A stretch of 64,000 nucleotides of DNA, from the NCBI RefSeq assembly GCF_964355755.1, contig NC_092676.1, forward strand, positions 23,330,871 through 23,394,870. Direction: 5' to 3'. Below, piece by piece: positions 13,474-26,100 of this stretch; positions within the stretch are counted from its first letter, which is position 1, and every line of letters begins with the position of its first letter. The translations under genes and the position numbers were made by a program. The notes under the pieces are model-generated. The model made no database searches. It was not told the origin of the DNA and worked only from the letters and a program-made list of their open reading frames with translations. This DNA is from Antedon mediterranea. Taxonomy: Eukaryota > Animalia > Echinodermata.

Positions 13474-15598
13474 TTTTTATATCGTCATTATAACAACCTG
13501 CATCAATTCTGCAACGTTTTTGTAGTAGACGTAAAAAGTAAAAAGGCAGTGCATGAGCTATAACAGTCATTCCTCCATGCTATAAATACATTAATTTATT
13601 ATTTTATTATTTATAAACGACCTTTTTGGTGCGAAAACATCATTCAATATTGTTTATGTTTATAAGTTACCTACAATGTCAGTTAAATGCAGCAACCGTT
13701 GTGTTAAAATGTAATTAATGAACAGTTTACTTAATTAATTAGGCGTCGGTATTATTAATATGGATTTATGATGGCTGCGTTTTATTTAATTCAAAAATGT
13801 AAATTGTCCATTAAGGCCTCGTTGTTATCGAATTATGGATTGAATGCGAACATTGTTCGTTTACTTAAATGTAATGTGTTCTCAATCGATGTGTTCCGAA
13901 TCGATCTAAGAGCAGCGTAATGGCAGGGAGTTAATAACAACTCCCTGGTAATGGTAGGCCTACAATGTATATATATGCACTATTATGTCTAATTGAGACT
14001 TTGTTCTTAAAATAACTTTAGAAAAACAAAGTATGATTTACATGTCATTTATGGCGTACTTGATAATCCTGTCGCATAAATGCGAAGTATGTAGTGTACA
14101 GTATGTGAGCAGAGTGGGAATAAGTACCGTGGTGTAATGGGTTGATACTCGCCTTGTAAGTTATGGGTAGAATCCCATCATCAATGTGACACAATGTGCT
14201 TACATATTGTTACGATAGCAACACATTATATTATTCTCAGTACTGAATCTAGAAAATCCCCAGTATCATAGACAAATACTGTAATACAGTATCACATATA
14301 TATCACATGTGTCCTACATCATATGACACTGTTACAAGTTTACCTATGATAGGCCTAATGGATTATAGATAATACCATAATTTGGAGGCCTGTACACTGT
14401 ATGCCTAGATCTTATGGTGTGTTTCTATTGAGAACGAAACGCGTGTGCCAACTCGGAGAGCGTCGTGCGACGAGGCCCGTCGGAACGTCTTGACTCGTCA
14501 AGCCAACAAGACGACTCGTCAAGCCAACGAGACGAATCGTTTTGCGATAGCGTCGGGCGTTGTTTATAGGTCGTCGCGTTTGAATTTCTCCCGACGACGA
14601 GACGACACTGTGTGAGTTGGCCCTAGAATGACATAATGCAATTCACATGAAATGTAATTAAGGTAAAAACAGAATGACCTTTTGGACGAGTCTATAACTC
14701 ATTATAAATCAAGTAACACGCGTCAATTTCTATGAAACCTATGAAAATTTAATATAAATCGAGTGCTATTAAGAATTAATGATTGCGACGACACGTGCTT
14801 GTGATGAGAACGCAGTCGATAATACAGTCTACTGTACGAAATCCGAAGATTACACGATAGGAATACATTATAGTTTTATCTATGTATATATTTTTATCTG
14901 TCAACAATGTCATATAATAACAACATGATTGTTTTTACCTTTTTATTGAATGTTAAATATTATGTTATTATATTTGTCTTTGTTATTTCTACCGTATGCT
15001 TTGTTGGAGGAGGACTTAGTGATCAGTTTCCGATAATTAATAATAATAATAGTTCATTCTTATATAGCGCATATACGTAAGCTTTCAATTCGCTGCACAT
15101 TGTTACCCCGGTAATTTTTTGGATCAAACACGTATGGAAGCATAGGCCTACTCCCATAATAATGCAGCTATAATCAGCGCAATAATACGTATGTATGTGT
15201 ATGTGTATGTGGTAGTTTATCCGGGCTAGCTACCGTTATACTATTGTCGTTGTTGTCATTGTTGTTTTTGCCATATTTTGGACGAATTCTTTCCACCCAG
15301 AATTATTTTCGATACAGTAAGTAAACCAACAGCTATCTAATTAAGACATTTTGAATTCTGATTAGTCATTGCACCGCTAATAAATTTTCCTAATGTATAT
15401 GTTAAATGTTCTCATTGACTGATTTGTTGCTAATGATAACCGGCCTATTAAAATGTCATTCTTGTAAACCAACAACCAATTATTGATAACTAGCCTAATT
15501 GGATTGACTATAATGCTGGTTCATATTGTGACGCAGGGCAAGTCAGTTGACCAATGACAAGCGACCGTTTGTTTGGATAAATAACTGGTTGTGCTTTA

Positions 15599-15922
15599 AG
15601 CGTGGTTCTCACTAGCGACACAACGCAGCGACGTATTGACGCAAAGTGTTGTATTGCGTAATCACAAGAGGGAACCGACGACGTGACAGTGCTGCAAACA
15701 ACGCAGGCGTTTAAGCTTGGTTCCCACTAGAACGCAACGCAATGACGTAAGCCGCAACGCAAGCAAATATTGATCATACAAGTGATGGATTATTCGAACC
15801 GTTCCTTGTGATTGGTCAATTCGCTTCCGTTGCGGCTTACGTTTTTGTGTTGGTTCTCGTGGAAACCAAGCTTTATGTTTCGCAGCTGGCGTTACGTTAC
15901 GTCGCTATTTGGGAACCAAGCT
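15599..15922. mobile_element. MITE 'agcttggttcccactag' with a related copy nested inside (15715-15872)
   Basis: TIR agcttggttcccactag / tgggaaccaagct, TTA duplications. Family copies at ~16566-16812, ~24225-24365 and ~57198-57356. Confidence 0.65.
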
Positions 15923-17502
15923 TTAGGCAGTGAGCCAAAGACAAAACGTTACTAAATATAACGTTGAGAAGAAAAGTATATTGATCTGTAAACGTTCATT
16001 CATTGATCTGTAAACGTTCATTCATTGATTGATACATATTGACACCAGCCCGTCTGCAGGGACTGTGGTTTAACATTATGACGTAGGCATATAGACACAT
16101 TAATACCCAGACAATGACCGTAATGTTTGTGCCCTGAACATTATGTAGCAGCTGATAAAAATCGATAATGTTGTTTCCGGATACTGAGAAAGGAAAGAGC
16201 TATCATTCAATCATTGTGAAAGAACAAACATTAAGTATAACGAGAAAGAGCCTGGAAAGAGAATACAACGTCATTTAATTCAGGGCGTTGTCTGAGTGTT
16301 TCGATCCACTGTTTTTGTATGTTTTTTTTTTCATGTGTGATAGTCTTATCAAACGTAGGTCTACTAGTAATTGACAGAGATTTACCACTGATCCCTTCAA
16401 TCCCCTCGTAATTAGACGATCATTGTATTTAATAGAAATTTTGTTAACTGGAGCATGTTAATGTTGTTTATTAGACGTAAGTTAGAATGTGTATTTCTCT
16501 GTTGATGAGATTATAATGATACGAATGAATAACGTAAGGCAAGGGCGAATACCTTTCCAAAGTAAAGCTTGGTTCCTATACTAGGGACACAAGAACGTAA
16601 GTGGTTTGACCAATCACGAAACGATGAATTACAAACTACTTGTGTTGTGTCTTTAAGCTTGGTTCCCACTAGGACGCAACGCAAGGACGTAAACGCAACG
16701 CAAGCGAGTTTACCAATGACAAGCGACAGTTTCAATTTGTCATTGCTTGTGATTGGTTAACTCACTTACGTTGCGCTACCTCCTTGTATTGCGGCTCTAG
16801 TGTGAACCACGCATTAATTGGTAATAGTATTTTCGTTGAACGTGCGTCCTGCGTTACGTCCTAAATAGGGGGAACATTCTATTTTATAAATAGATGATGA
16901 TGTTAATTTTTCTCTCTAGATTAACGGTATACAGTATTATCATAACAACGAAAGTGTAACTTTAATGTTAATATAACCTACTTCACAATATCACTACTAA
17001 GGTTTCACTTTCGTATATCAAATCGCTATTAGTTTTAATTAAGTAGACATAACTTTTAAATATTTAATGCATTAGATAGGCCTATATGAAACTGACCATA
17101 TCACGCATTCTGTGTAAGCAAAACAAATGACGTTTAATATTATATAATTAGAAGCAATGCAGGTAGTAGTGTAGTAATAGTCTTACATAGTATAGTGAGA
17201 ATAGGCCATATAGAAAAGAAAAACTGTGAACTTAATCCATCAAAAAAATTTAAATAAAAAGAAGTTATGAAGTTCAACAACCTGTCACAAAATGTGATAA
17301 CTTATGGCTTTGTAGTTATAACGTAGAACGACGTCACATAGGCAGGTTGCTTTTGGTATTCTTGGTCAGAAGAAGAGCTATTAAATCATGATGACGTCAT
17401 AACAGTATGTTAAAATCCAAATTGTATAATGAATAAGAACCTAGAATAAAATGTGTCTGCCTGTTAAGTTCAATCTATGTAGAACTTTGTTTTAGCCCTC
17501 AA

Positions 17503-17690
17503 TATGCGAGTTTGCCGCGTGCGTATGCGAGTTTACCGCGTGCGTATGCGAGTTTACTGCGTGCGTATGCGAGTTTACCACGTGCATATGCGAGTTTATC
17601 GCTTGCGTATGCGAATTTACCGCGTACGTATGCGAGTTTACCGCGTGTGTGTGTGTGTGGTTTGCCGCGTGCGTATGCGAGTTTACCGCC
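17503..17690. repeat. 21-bp minisatellite (atgcgagtttaccgcgtgcgt), ~9 units
   Basis: Visible directly; explains the repetitive ORFs at 17504 and 17512. Confidence 0.9.
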
Positions 17691-20190
17691 TGTTATTATG
17701 TTGGGAAAACCTATACCCAGTTGATCTTGACCTCAATTTAAAAGTTCAATAATTCGACCAAGGTTACCATCTTACTGCACATTTAAATTATGGGACGTCA
17801 TAATTATACATCTTTAAGATAAAGTTGTAAAAGACACCATCGTAGGATGAAGCCATTAATCCCTTATTTGAAAATACGAGTAAAAGCAAAAAAAAGTCAA
17901 TCTATGTTCACACATTATGTGATGGTAGGGTACACAAAGTATCAATGAAATATAAACAAAAATGAAAAGACTGAATGATTGGATTAGGAAGCTAGGTCAT
18001 GGATTTGTTTGTATGGCCCTGGCCCTATTGGTGGTCTAGGCATACTATATGTGTTCATTGTTCAACAGTTCAATGCTCATTTTTAACCGATTTTTCTTCA
18101 CAAACACATGTACGTTGCGTGCTTAGTCCAAAGGTGTTTTTAAGGTAGGATTGTGGTATAGTACTTTCTCCCTAAACTAATTTTGGTTCTATTCAGAATA
18201 GAGCCATGTTTGTTGTCTACTCTATAGTGTTTCTAAATGTTTTCCAGTATCAGGTTTAATCAAGTCCTAAGTATTTTTTAGTAAAGCAGGTAGCACCTCA
18301 TGTCTCGAAGTGGCTGCTTCAGCTTCCCGTTTGGTTTGTACATCATTCCAAGTGTTTCAAATGTGACGCCTGTTACCGTATAAATCGTGCCCTTACCTTA
18401 CAGAAATCACATGAGAATTACTATTGAATCCGCCTATGACACTGAGCATTGTCATTATAGACGTACACCGTATGCATATTCAGCAGTGCGGAATCGTGGT
18501 TTTAATACAAAGAGGAAGGCCTTATATATACTAATTAAAATCCTTCGGTAACTTCTCTACGAACTATCCTCCGACCTGGAATTGAATGATGGTATGGTGT
18601 GATCCTTGACGTTAACTACAAGATAGAAGTTAGAAACACACAAACCTAGACCTAGATTAGGAAGTTTATCTTTTTATATAGGTTTACATGGTATAATGCT
18701 TGCCTTTTAAAGGGATTTACAGTATTAAAGAGTAACAGGTTTTTTTTCTTCAATAAGGTTTAAGGGATGTCCTTCATTTTAATGAAAAAGAAATGCTATA
18801 TCCTTGCACGCTACATGGAATATCTCACCATGCATGAATGATAAAACCAGACAATTATATTGATTTAATAAAATAGAGTATTTTGTCTGTGGCAAGAACA
18901 TACATACTTCAATATTATTGTATACAACGTGCGTTCACACGACATTTTCATCGCGTTCGTCGTCCTTGGGTAATATTTTTTAGAAGGAAACTCTCGCCTT
19001 TATCTTTCTCTAAAATCGCCTCTAATAATGAACTTTGTTATCCAGTCATCAATAACACTTGAACACATTTTGCAAGTAATTGTTTTATTTTGAATTATAC
19101 TTGAAAGGAACATTAGCTGCGTAGTAAATTATTCTGTTTGTATTGTATTGATTTCAGTTTGTGAATAGATCCCTAGGCAATGTATTGTGATTAATTGAAA
19201 ATCTTAGGAATAAACCAAGCGCAAACTGTCCTTACAATAAAATATGTTCTGTTAACAAACTTTCGACAACTAAATCGGATAATAATACTGAATAAAAAAA
19301 TATATATATATTACCTACCACTGGTGATATACGTATAATAATATAATGATAACACATATGGAGAATAAGGTTTATTTTAATTATATAATGGTATACTGTT
19401 AATACTATTTCAGGCTTATAATATATAATAGCGCATTAAGCTTAAGCTTAAAGCCAATACATGGCTGCAGTCGCCTGCGCAAATTTGTATTAGTGTTTAC
19501 TGACCGACCGGCCGACCAACCAACCAACCGACCAATATAGTGAGCTATTAGAGTCGCATTGCAACTGTTTTAAACAAATGCGTTACTCTATAATATCAAT
19601 GACGAAGCCTATAATAATTTTTGGATATCAGCTCTATTCAAGTTTTTAACTCTTTTTTTTTTAACCAACAGGATACGGAACTGAGGAAACGCGTTTTATA
19701 ACCGTAACGCGTTTATTAAAAATGTTAACGCTAAAACACTCATCATTTACAATTGAAAATGATATTCTGATGTCCTCATCTCGTCTGCGTCTGAACGCGT
19801 GTTTGTTTGTCCGTAAACAGTGAACGACGTCTACTAATACTAAATCTTATATTAAAGAAATAGACCACGCCTACTTTACCGATACAACAATAATAGTGTC
19901 ATACGAGACGTGATACTCGTAATATATATAATATAAAACTACATGGATTCCAGAAAAAGTGATTGGCGTGGAAGAATATATATATGTTTACGTGAAATAA
20001 ATAGCTTCCGGAATACTGGTACTGTATTATCATTCTGATATTCTTACCTACTTACCTGAAATGGATTGTTCCGGTCCTAGACCACGGCTTATTATCTGGT
20101 TCGAGGTACATGCAGTAAAGACAGTTTCTTCTTTGAGAATGATCATATTTCTTTAAAACTAAACCACGTGTGTTTTCAACATGTTCCAAT

Positions 20191-23100
20191 ATGTTCTTAT
20201 TGACATTTCGGATATTATTACTATCGTACATTTTTTACGTATTCGCAATAGGCCTAAACGTTCACGAAGCAAATGATGAGTTGAAAAATGTTACAGACAT
20301 TATACCCAAAGATACCCGGACTACTGGTGGGTATCAGGAATCAAAACCTAGCCGTTCGTCGCACTTGGAATTAACTTCAGGTCTTTTAAAAGATTCCGCG
20401 AATATTGGCGGTTTGTTTAGCATTCGTACTTTTCGTGACGGTAAATGTCAGAGAGATATCGATCCTTCTGGATTACAAAAGATGTATGCTATGGTGTATA
20501 TGATAGAGAAGATTAATGAAGATCCTGATTTTTTATCCAACATTACATTAGGTAAGTCTATTAGTCCATTCTCAATGCAATATATAATATTTACTTTTTA
20601 TATCAATTTCAGAAAAGTATTTTAACACACATAGTGGTCGAGTCTATAGATGCCTATCAATAGAAACTATAGTTATATACTGGGTTCAAAGAACGTATAC
20701 TAGGGGGTCGATTTTGATCAATATTAATTAATACATTTTACGTCTTCGAGAAAGAAAAATGTTAAAACAATGCCATCATTTCAATATACTTTAATATTTA
20801 TATTATGTTTAGTTTTAACGAAAAAAGCTCTGTCTACACTATATTATCAAACTTTATTTGACAACATCTGAATGTGATGTGCTCATATGCACCGGTGCCA
20901 TATAGACACGATGATGTCATATCACTACCATATTTAAGCATATCACTACCATATTTGGACACATCACACTTTTTTTGTCCAACTAGTGTACACAGAACTG
21001 ACATCAATAAAACGCTGGGGCATACAACAATTTACTCACTCTAAGAAATAGACGGCCTACATCTATAGTCTCTTTGGGTATTGTGTAGTTACAAAGTATA
21101 CAATTCGGACCATGGTTCATAATCATTCGGAGCTTCAACACAAACAATATACAACCCGTGTTCACATCGAGATTTACGTGTTTAGACTTAACGAGATGTA
21201 GGCCTTATGACAGTGAGAAGAATCAGGTGTTTCCTAATACTAATAGGCTTAGAGAGTAGCTCGTTAAAGTGTATGCCGACTATACAAATATATTTTATAG
21301 AATGTAAATAAAGTCGGATTGATGAATAGAAAATCCAGGAAAGAAAATATTAAATAATAACGTTGTTTAAAGTAAGTAATTCGCACTCTTTGAACCAATC
21401 TGACGCCACCTATTATGACGTCATGGTTTTGACAATTGTTATATTAATGCTTCGTAGTTCTCCAGAGATTATACCTTTCAACTAACTTAGGCCTATAATA
21501 ATAGATATATACACTTAAATAAAAGGAATGTACGAAGTTGTAAAGGTGCAAAACCCCTTACTCTCAACAATCCTGTATAGTGTATGCATTTTTTTCATAC
21601 ATATCTGTTGTTGTACCAGGACTAAATTGTGTATTAAAATATATATAATCAAATTTAGTGCTGATCCCCACTTTACGATAAATCGATAGTATTACAACAT
21701 TTAACCATCGTTATGTATCCCAAATTTCCGATTTTGAAAATCGTGTTTTTCTTTTTCATATTAGAAAACATACTAGCACTCGCGTAAATACATTATAATA
21801 TTGACCGCTACAAAACGTTTAACAGACAGTGTTTTTGTTTAATGTGCATAACTCTATCTGTTTGGGTTTTTTTTAAACAGGATTCCATATTCATGATTAT
21901 TGTGGAGACGTGAACGAAGCCGTGGCGTCATCCATGGACTTTATTATGTCAGCAAAAGATTGTTCGTAAGACACCACGTTATTTTTTTTTCTAATTTTGA
22001 CTTTAGATATGCAATGAAAATGTGCATATCCATTTCCCGCCTCTAAAGGTATTTCACTGCCCTTTATAAAAGCATCTTCTAGTCTCTGTAGTAGTGGTAT
22101 TTCACTGGCGGCGTGAGCCTCCCACCTATTCTACACCCCTCATGTGTCCCCTATAATAGCCTACCCTATGTTTTTGCCGCCCTTTGTGAGAAACCCTTAC
22201 CGTCCTTCCTCACTATGTCCCTGTCCCTCCATCATCTTGTCACTTCATCTTCTTGCTCTTTTTCTACGCTATGTTGTCCCTTGTATAGAAATTTACGCCA
22301 ATTGAAATCAGTATGTATTTTTGGTCGGTGTAGGTCACTACTAATGTTCTTTTTCCTTTGCTTATTATTTCTATAGAAATAATGAAAATCTGTCTGATGT
22401 TAAGGCCGTTGTTGGCCCTATGCATAGCGATTCAGCACTATCTGTGGCAAGTCTCCTAAGTTTGTTCAAAGTTCCTGAAATAAGCCCATTTGTAACTAGT
22501 ACAGATCTTAGTGATGAGAGATATAAGTAAGTGTTGACAACGCATTCGTTTTCACAATTTCATTTTATTGTCATTTTATGTAACAGGTCACGAAAAACAA
22601 AAAGTGGAGTTGTGGCTTGGTGGTTATAATAATAATCTGTTCTTATATAGCGCATAGATGCTTTTAATCAAAGGTTCCTGGGTTCAAATCATGTCATGTG
22701 TCAGGATTTTTTCTAATAGCAATTCAAACTCCACTCCCAAAAGGACTTGTAATAAGGCTTATGTAGAGCATCTTGTGTACATGTTTGTATGTCTTGTGAA
22801 CGGGATTATCACCTTTAAGAACAATAGTGAATGAATTCGCTTATGTTTATTCTTGGCAATTTGCATAAATATAAAAAAAACTAAAACAAAAGAAAGAAAG
22901 AAAAACAAAAGCTAGGCCACAACTCAATAAGTCAGTAGGCCTACAGTAATTCCTTCATTTTAACTCATTTAATTTAACAATTTACGTAAGTTAATTCCAT
23001 TAGGCCTAGGTTTTTCTGTTGGGTGGTCCGGTCCGGAACGACTTACAGGAGTAAAAAACTTGAAGGAAAAAATGAACATCATGGGGTACGTTCCCCGGAA

Positions 23101-26100
23101 CTGGGAGGATGGGAGGTATTGTCAGTTCTCTTTTTCTTGTTGTGTGTAATTATGAAAAGTGGCATTCAAATTTCCGCCTGTGGTTTAATAGCCTTTGCTG
23201 ATCGACAGATTCTCTCTCATTTATCTATAATCAAGAAGTGTTGGCGACAATGCATTAAGATTTTCCGATACAATACTAATGATTTAAAGTGAAATACACT
23301 ATACCTTGTTTTTACGATTAAATTCCCAGAAAAATAAGTAATTAAATTTGATTTCTCCTTATACGCCTATGTCGCAACTATTTAATTAAATAATACCAGC
23401 TAATGGGCCTACCGCTGATGAGTTTAACTGAAACATATATACATAGGTGTTTTAATAAATAAATGGCACTAGAAATGGTCACGGATATTTCAAATTCATC
23501 AACATTATGATTCGGTCCATTAGGATTTCAATCAAGGGACTGTGTAAATTCCATTACCGAGATTACAAAACCCACACACTATCCGTAGATCAATCTTGCA
23601 TTCGAAAGGTTGATTTTATCACAATGGTATTGATGCTATGAACTTTAAAACAATTAACTTGCTTTCGAATTATTTCAAGACGTTGGGTGCAGCCTAAAGC
23701 AACATTCACACGAAATGGAAGACGGTGCCCTTAAATTCTCTATATGATTTTTCATTACGAAACAAGACACTAGGATGTAACGTAAACACTAGTCTGGGTT
23801 CCAGACGGAGTTTTGTCTTAATTTTAGTAAAAAGATAAATATTTTTGCACATATGGCGTTTCATACGTATACTACTAGTTTGGTTCAGACAAAAATCAAC
23901 AAAATTAACAAAAAAGACAATGAATACAGACTTGGGGAAAGTCTACGTAAACACGTACGTACACGCAACACTTAATAGTTTCACCAATCACAACATGACA
24001 ATTCGTATAATCTGTAGCTTCCGTTACGCTAAGATAATTTACGGTACGTCCTACCAAGTCTTATCGTGTAGTTTTACTTTATGCATAGAGATATAATATC
24101 TCTATGCTTTATGGTATTGTACCTTGGACCATGGTATAAAATAGTATTTAATTTCGATTTGGCCATATTGGAAGAGATCGCATAACTTACTCGGCAGAGA
24201 AGCTGTTTGTGCGACGTTGGTGCAAAAGATCTACTAACACCTAACGCAACGTAAGTGAGTTTACCAGTCACAAACGATGAATTCGAACTGTGACTTGTCA
24301 TTGGTCAACACGCTTGCGTTTACGTCATTGCGTTGCGTCCTATACTAGTAGTGGGCAAACAAGCTTCAACAAAATCAATCGAATGTGCCGTTTTTCTTAC
24401 AGACTTCCGTGGCTTTAATACTAACAATACTCCGAATCATTAATATGTTACACGGATGTTTATTTTCATAAACATTGTGAACTGTTACCTCAGTGACTCA
24501 TGCTGTTATGTGTCCTATATATTTTGTAGACATTCTAAGAAAAATCTTGTCCAGCGTCGAGCCCGCATACCAAGCTCCAGATGTACACATGATTTCATGT
24601 GCTTTAAATAGCCTACAGAACCATGACATTCACTGCCAGTTACCGACTGTTGTTCCAAAAACACACTACCAGCATTGTTTGCTTGAGAACTGCTCATATC
24701 ATAGAGATATTATAGTATCTCTATGCTCACATGAATAAGGTCTAATTGGAATAAATCATTCGATCGCGTTCGATCATTTAAAGAATATACATGTCATTCT
24801 GCAATAGGTAGATCTTAACTGACTATTGACAGTCACCTAAATACGAGTCTACAGCTGTCATTAGGTAGCTCTTAACTGACTATTGACTGTTATCTAGATA
24901 CGAGTCTACATCTGTCATTAGATAGATCTTAACTGACTATTGACTGTCATCTAGATACGAGACTTCAGTTGCCATTAGGTAGATCTTAACTGACTATTGA
25001 CAGTTATCTAGATACGATTCTTCAGTTGTCATTGGGTAGATCTTAACTGACTATTGACAGTCATCTGGATACGAGTCTGCAATTGTCATTAGGTAGATCT
25101 TAAATGACTATTGAAAGTCATCTAGATACGAGTCTGCAGTAGTCTACCTATTCACAGCTGAAGAATCGAATAGTGTACTACAAAATCAATAACTAGCTAG
25201 TAGAGTATATCATTGGTATTTCATCATTAACTTTCAATTTTTTTAGCTACTTTCTTCGAAACGTTCCCAGTGACGATGCCCAGATCATTGCAATGGCTGA
25301 TATTGTACAGCACTTTGGATGGTCTTCTGTTGCTGTGTTTTCCACAGACGATCTAGGCTACGGAGTCAAAGGCAGTGAACTACTGTCCGTTGAGTTACAA
25401 GCCAGAAACATCTGTGTGGCCTATCAAACGCGTTTTAATGCTGCGTACACGGATTTTGATTTCTTAGATATGATAACCAATCTTCGGTAGGTATTTGATT
25501 GGATTCAATAATTAATGTAATTATAATATGCAAAGCATCACAATCGATGTTACATCTGATGTTTTTACAACGGCATTTGTTTTAAATATGTTTGAATACG
25601 TATTTATTATGTATAAATGCATTATTGTTTACTAGGCCTGCCTTCTGAACATTTTTCGTCGGAATGTCATCTTAAGTGAAAATAATAATTGACTTAACCT
25701 ATAATGTTTTTTTAATAGGTATAAATAACCTAAACTTGTTTGTCTTTTCTTAGAAATATGAGCAATATCAGAGTATTGGTGACAATATCTGACGATAAAT
25801 CAATACTTAGACTCTTGGACGTATTTAGACTAAACGAGTTGTACGGCTACACGTGGGTAGCTTCCGAAGGATGGGCCTGGTCACCAACCCTAGCTGAAGA
25901 TAGATATTACAAAGTAGTGCAAGGAATGCTTGGAGTTAGTGTACCATCATTTAATGACCCAAACTTTAAAGAATATCTTAAAAGACTCAAACCTTCATCC
26001 AACGATCCATTTCTAACACAGTATTGGGAACAAACGCATAATTGCTCTCTAGAAACGCTTTCTGATGTTTCCATGTGTACTGGAAACGAAAGCTTTTCAG

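Noticed and set aside
17504-17752. RVRMRVY and LPRAYAS repeat ORFs
   Set aside because: 21-bp minisatellite.
23405-23450. ctgatgag...gaaac hammerhead-like string
   Set aside because: Helices II and III do not pair convincingly; at best a decayed relic.
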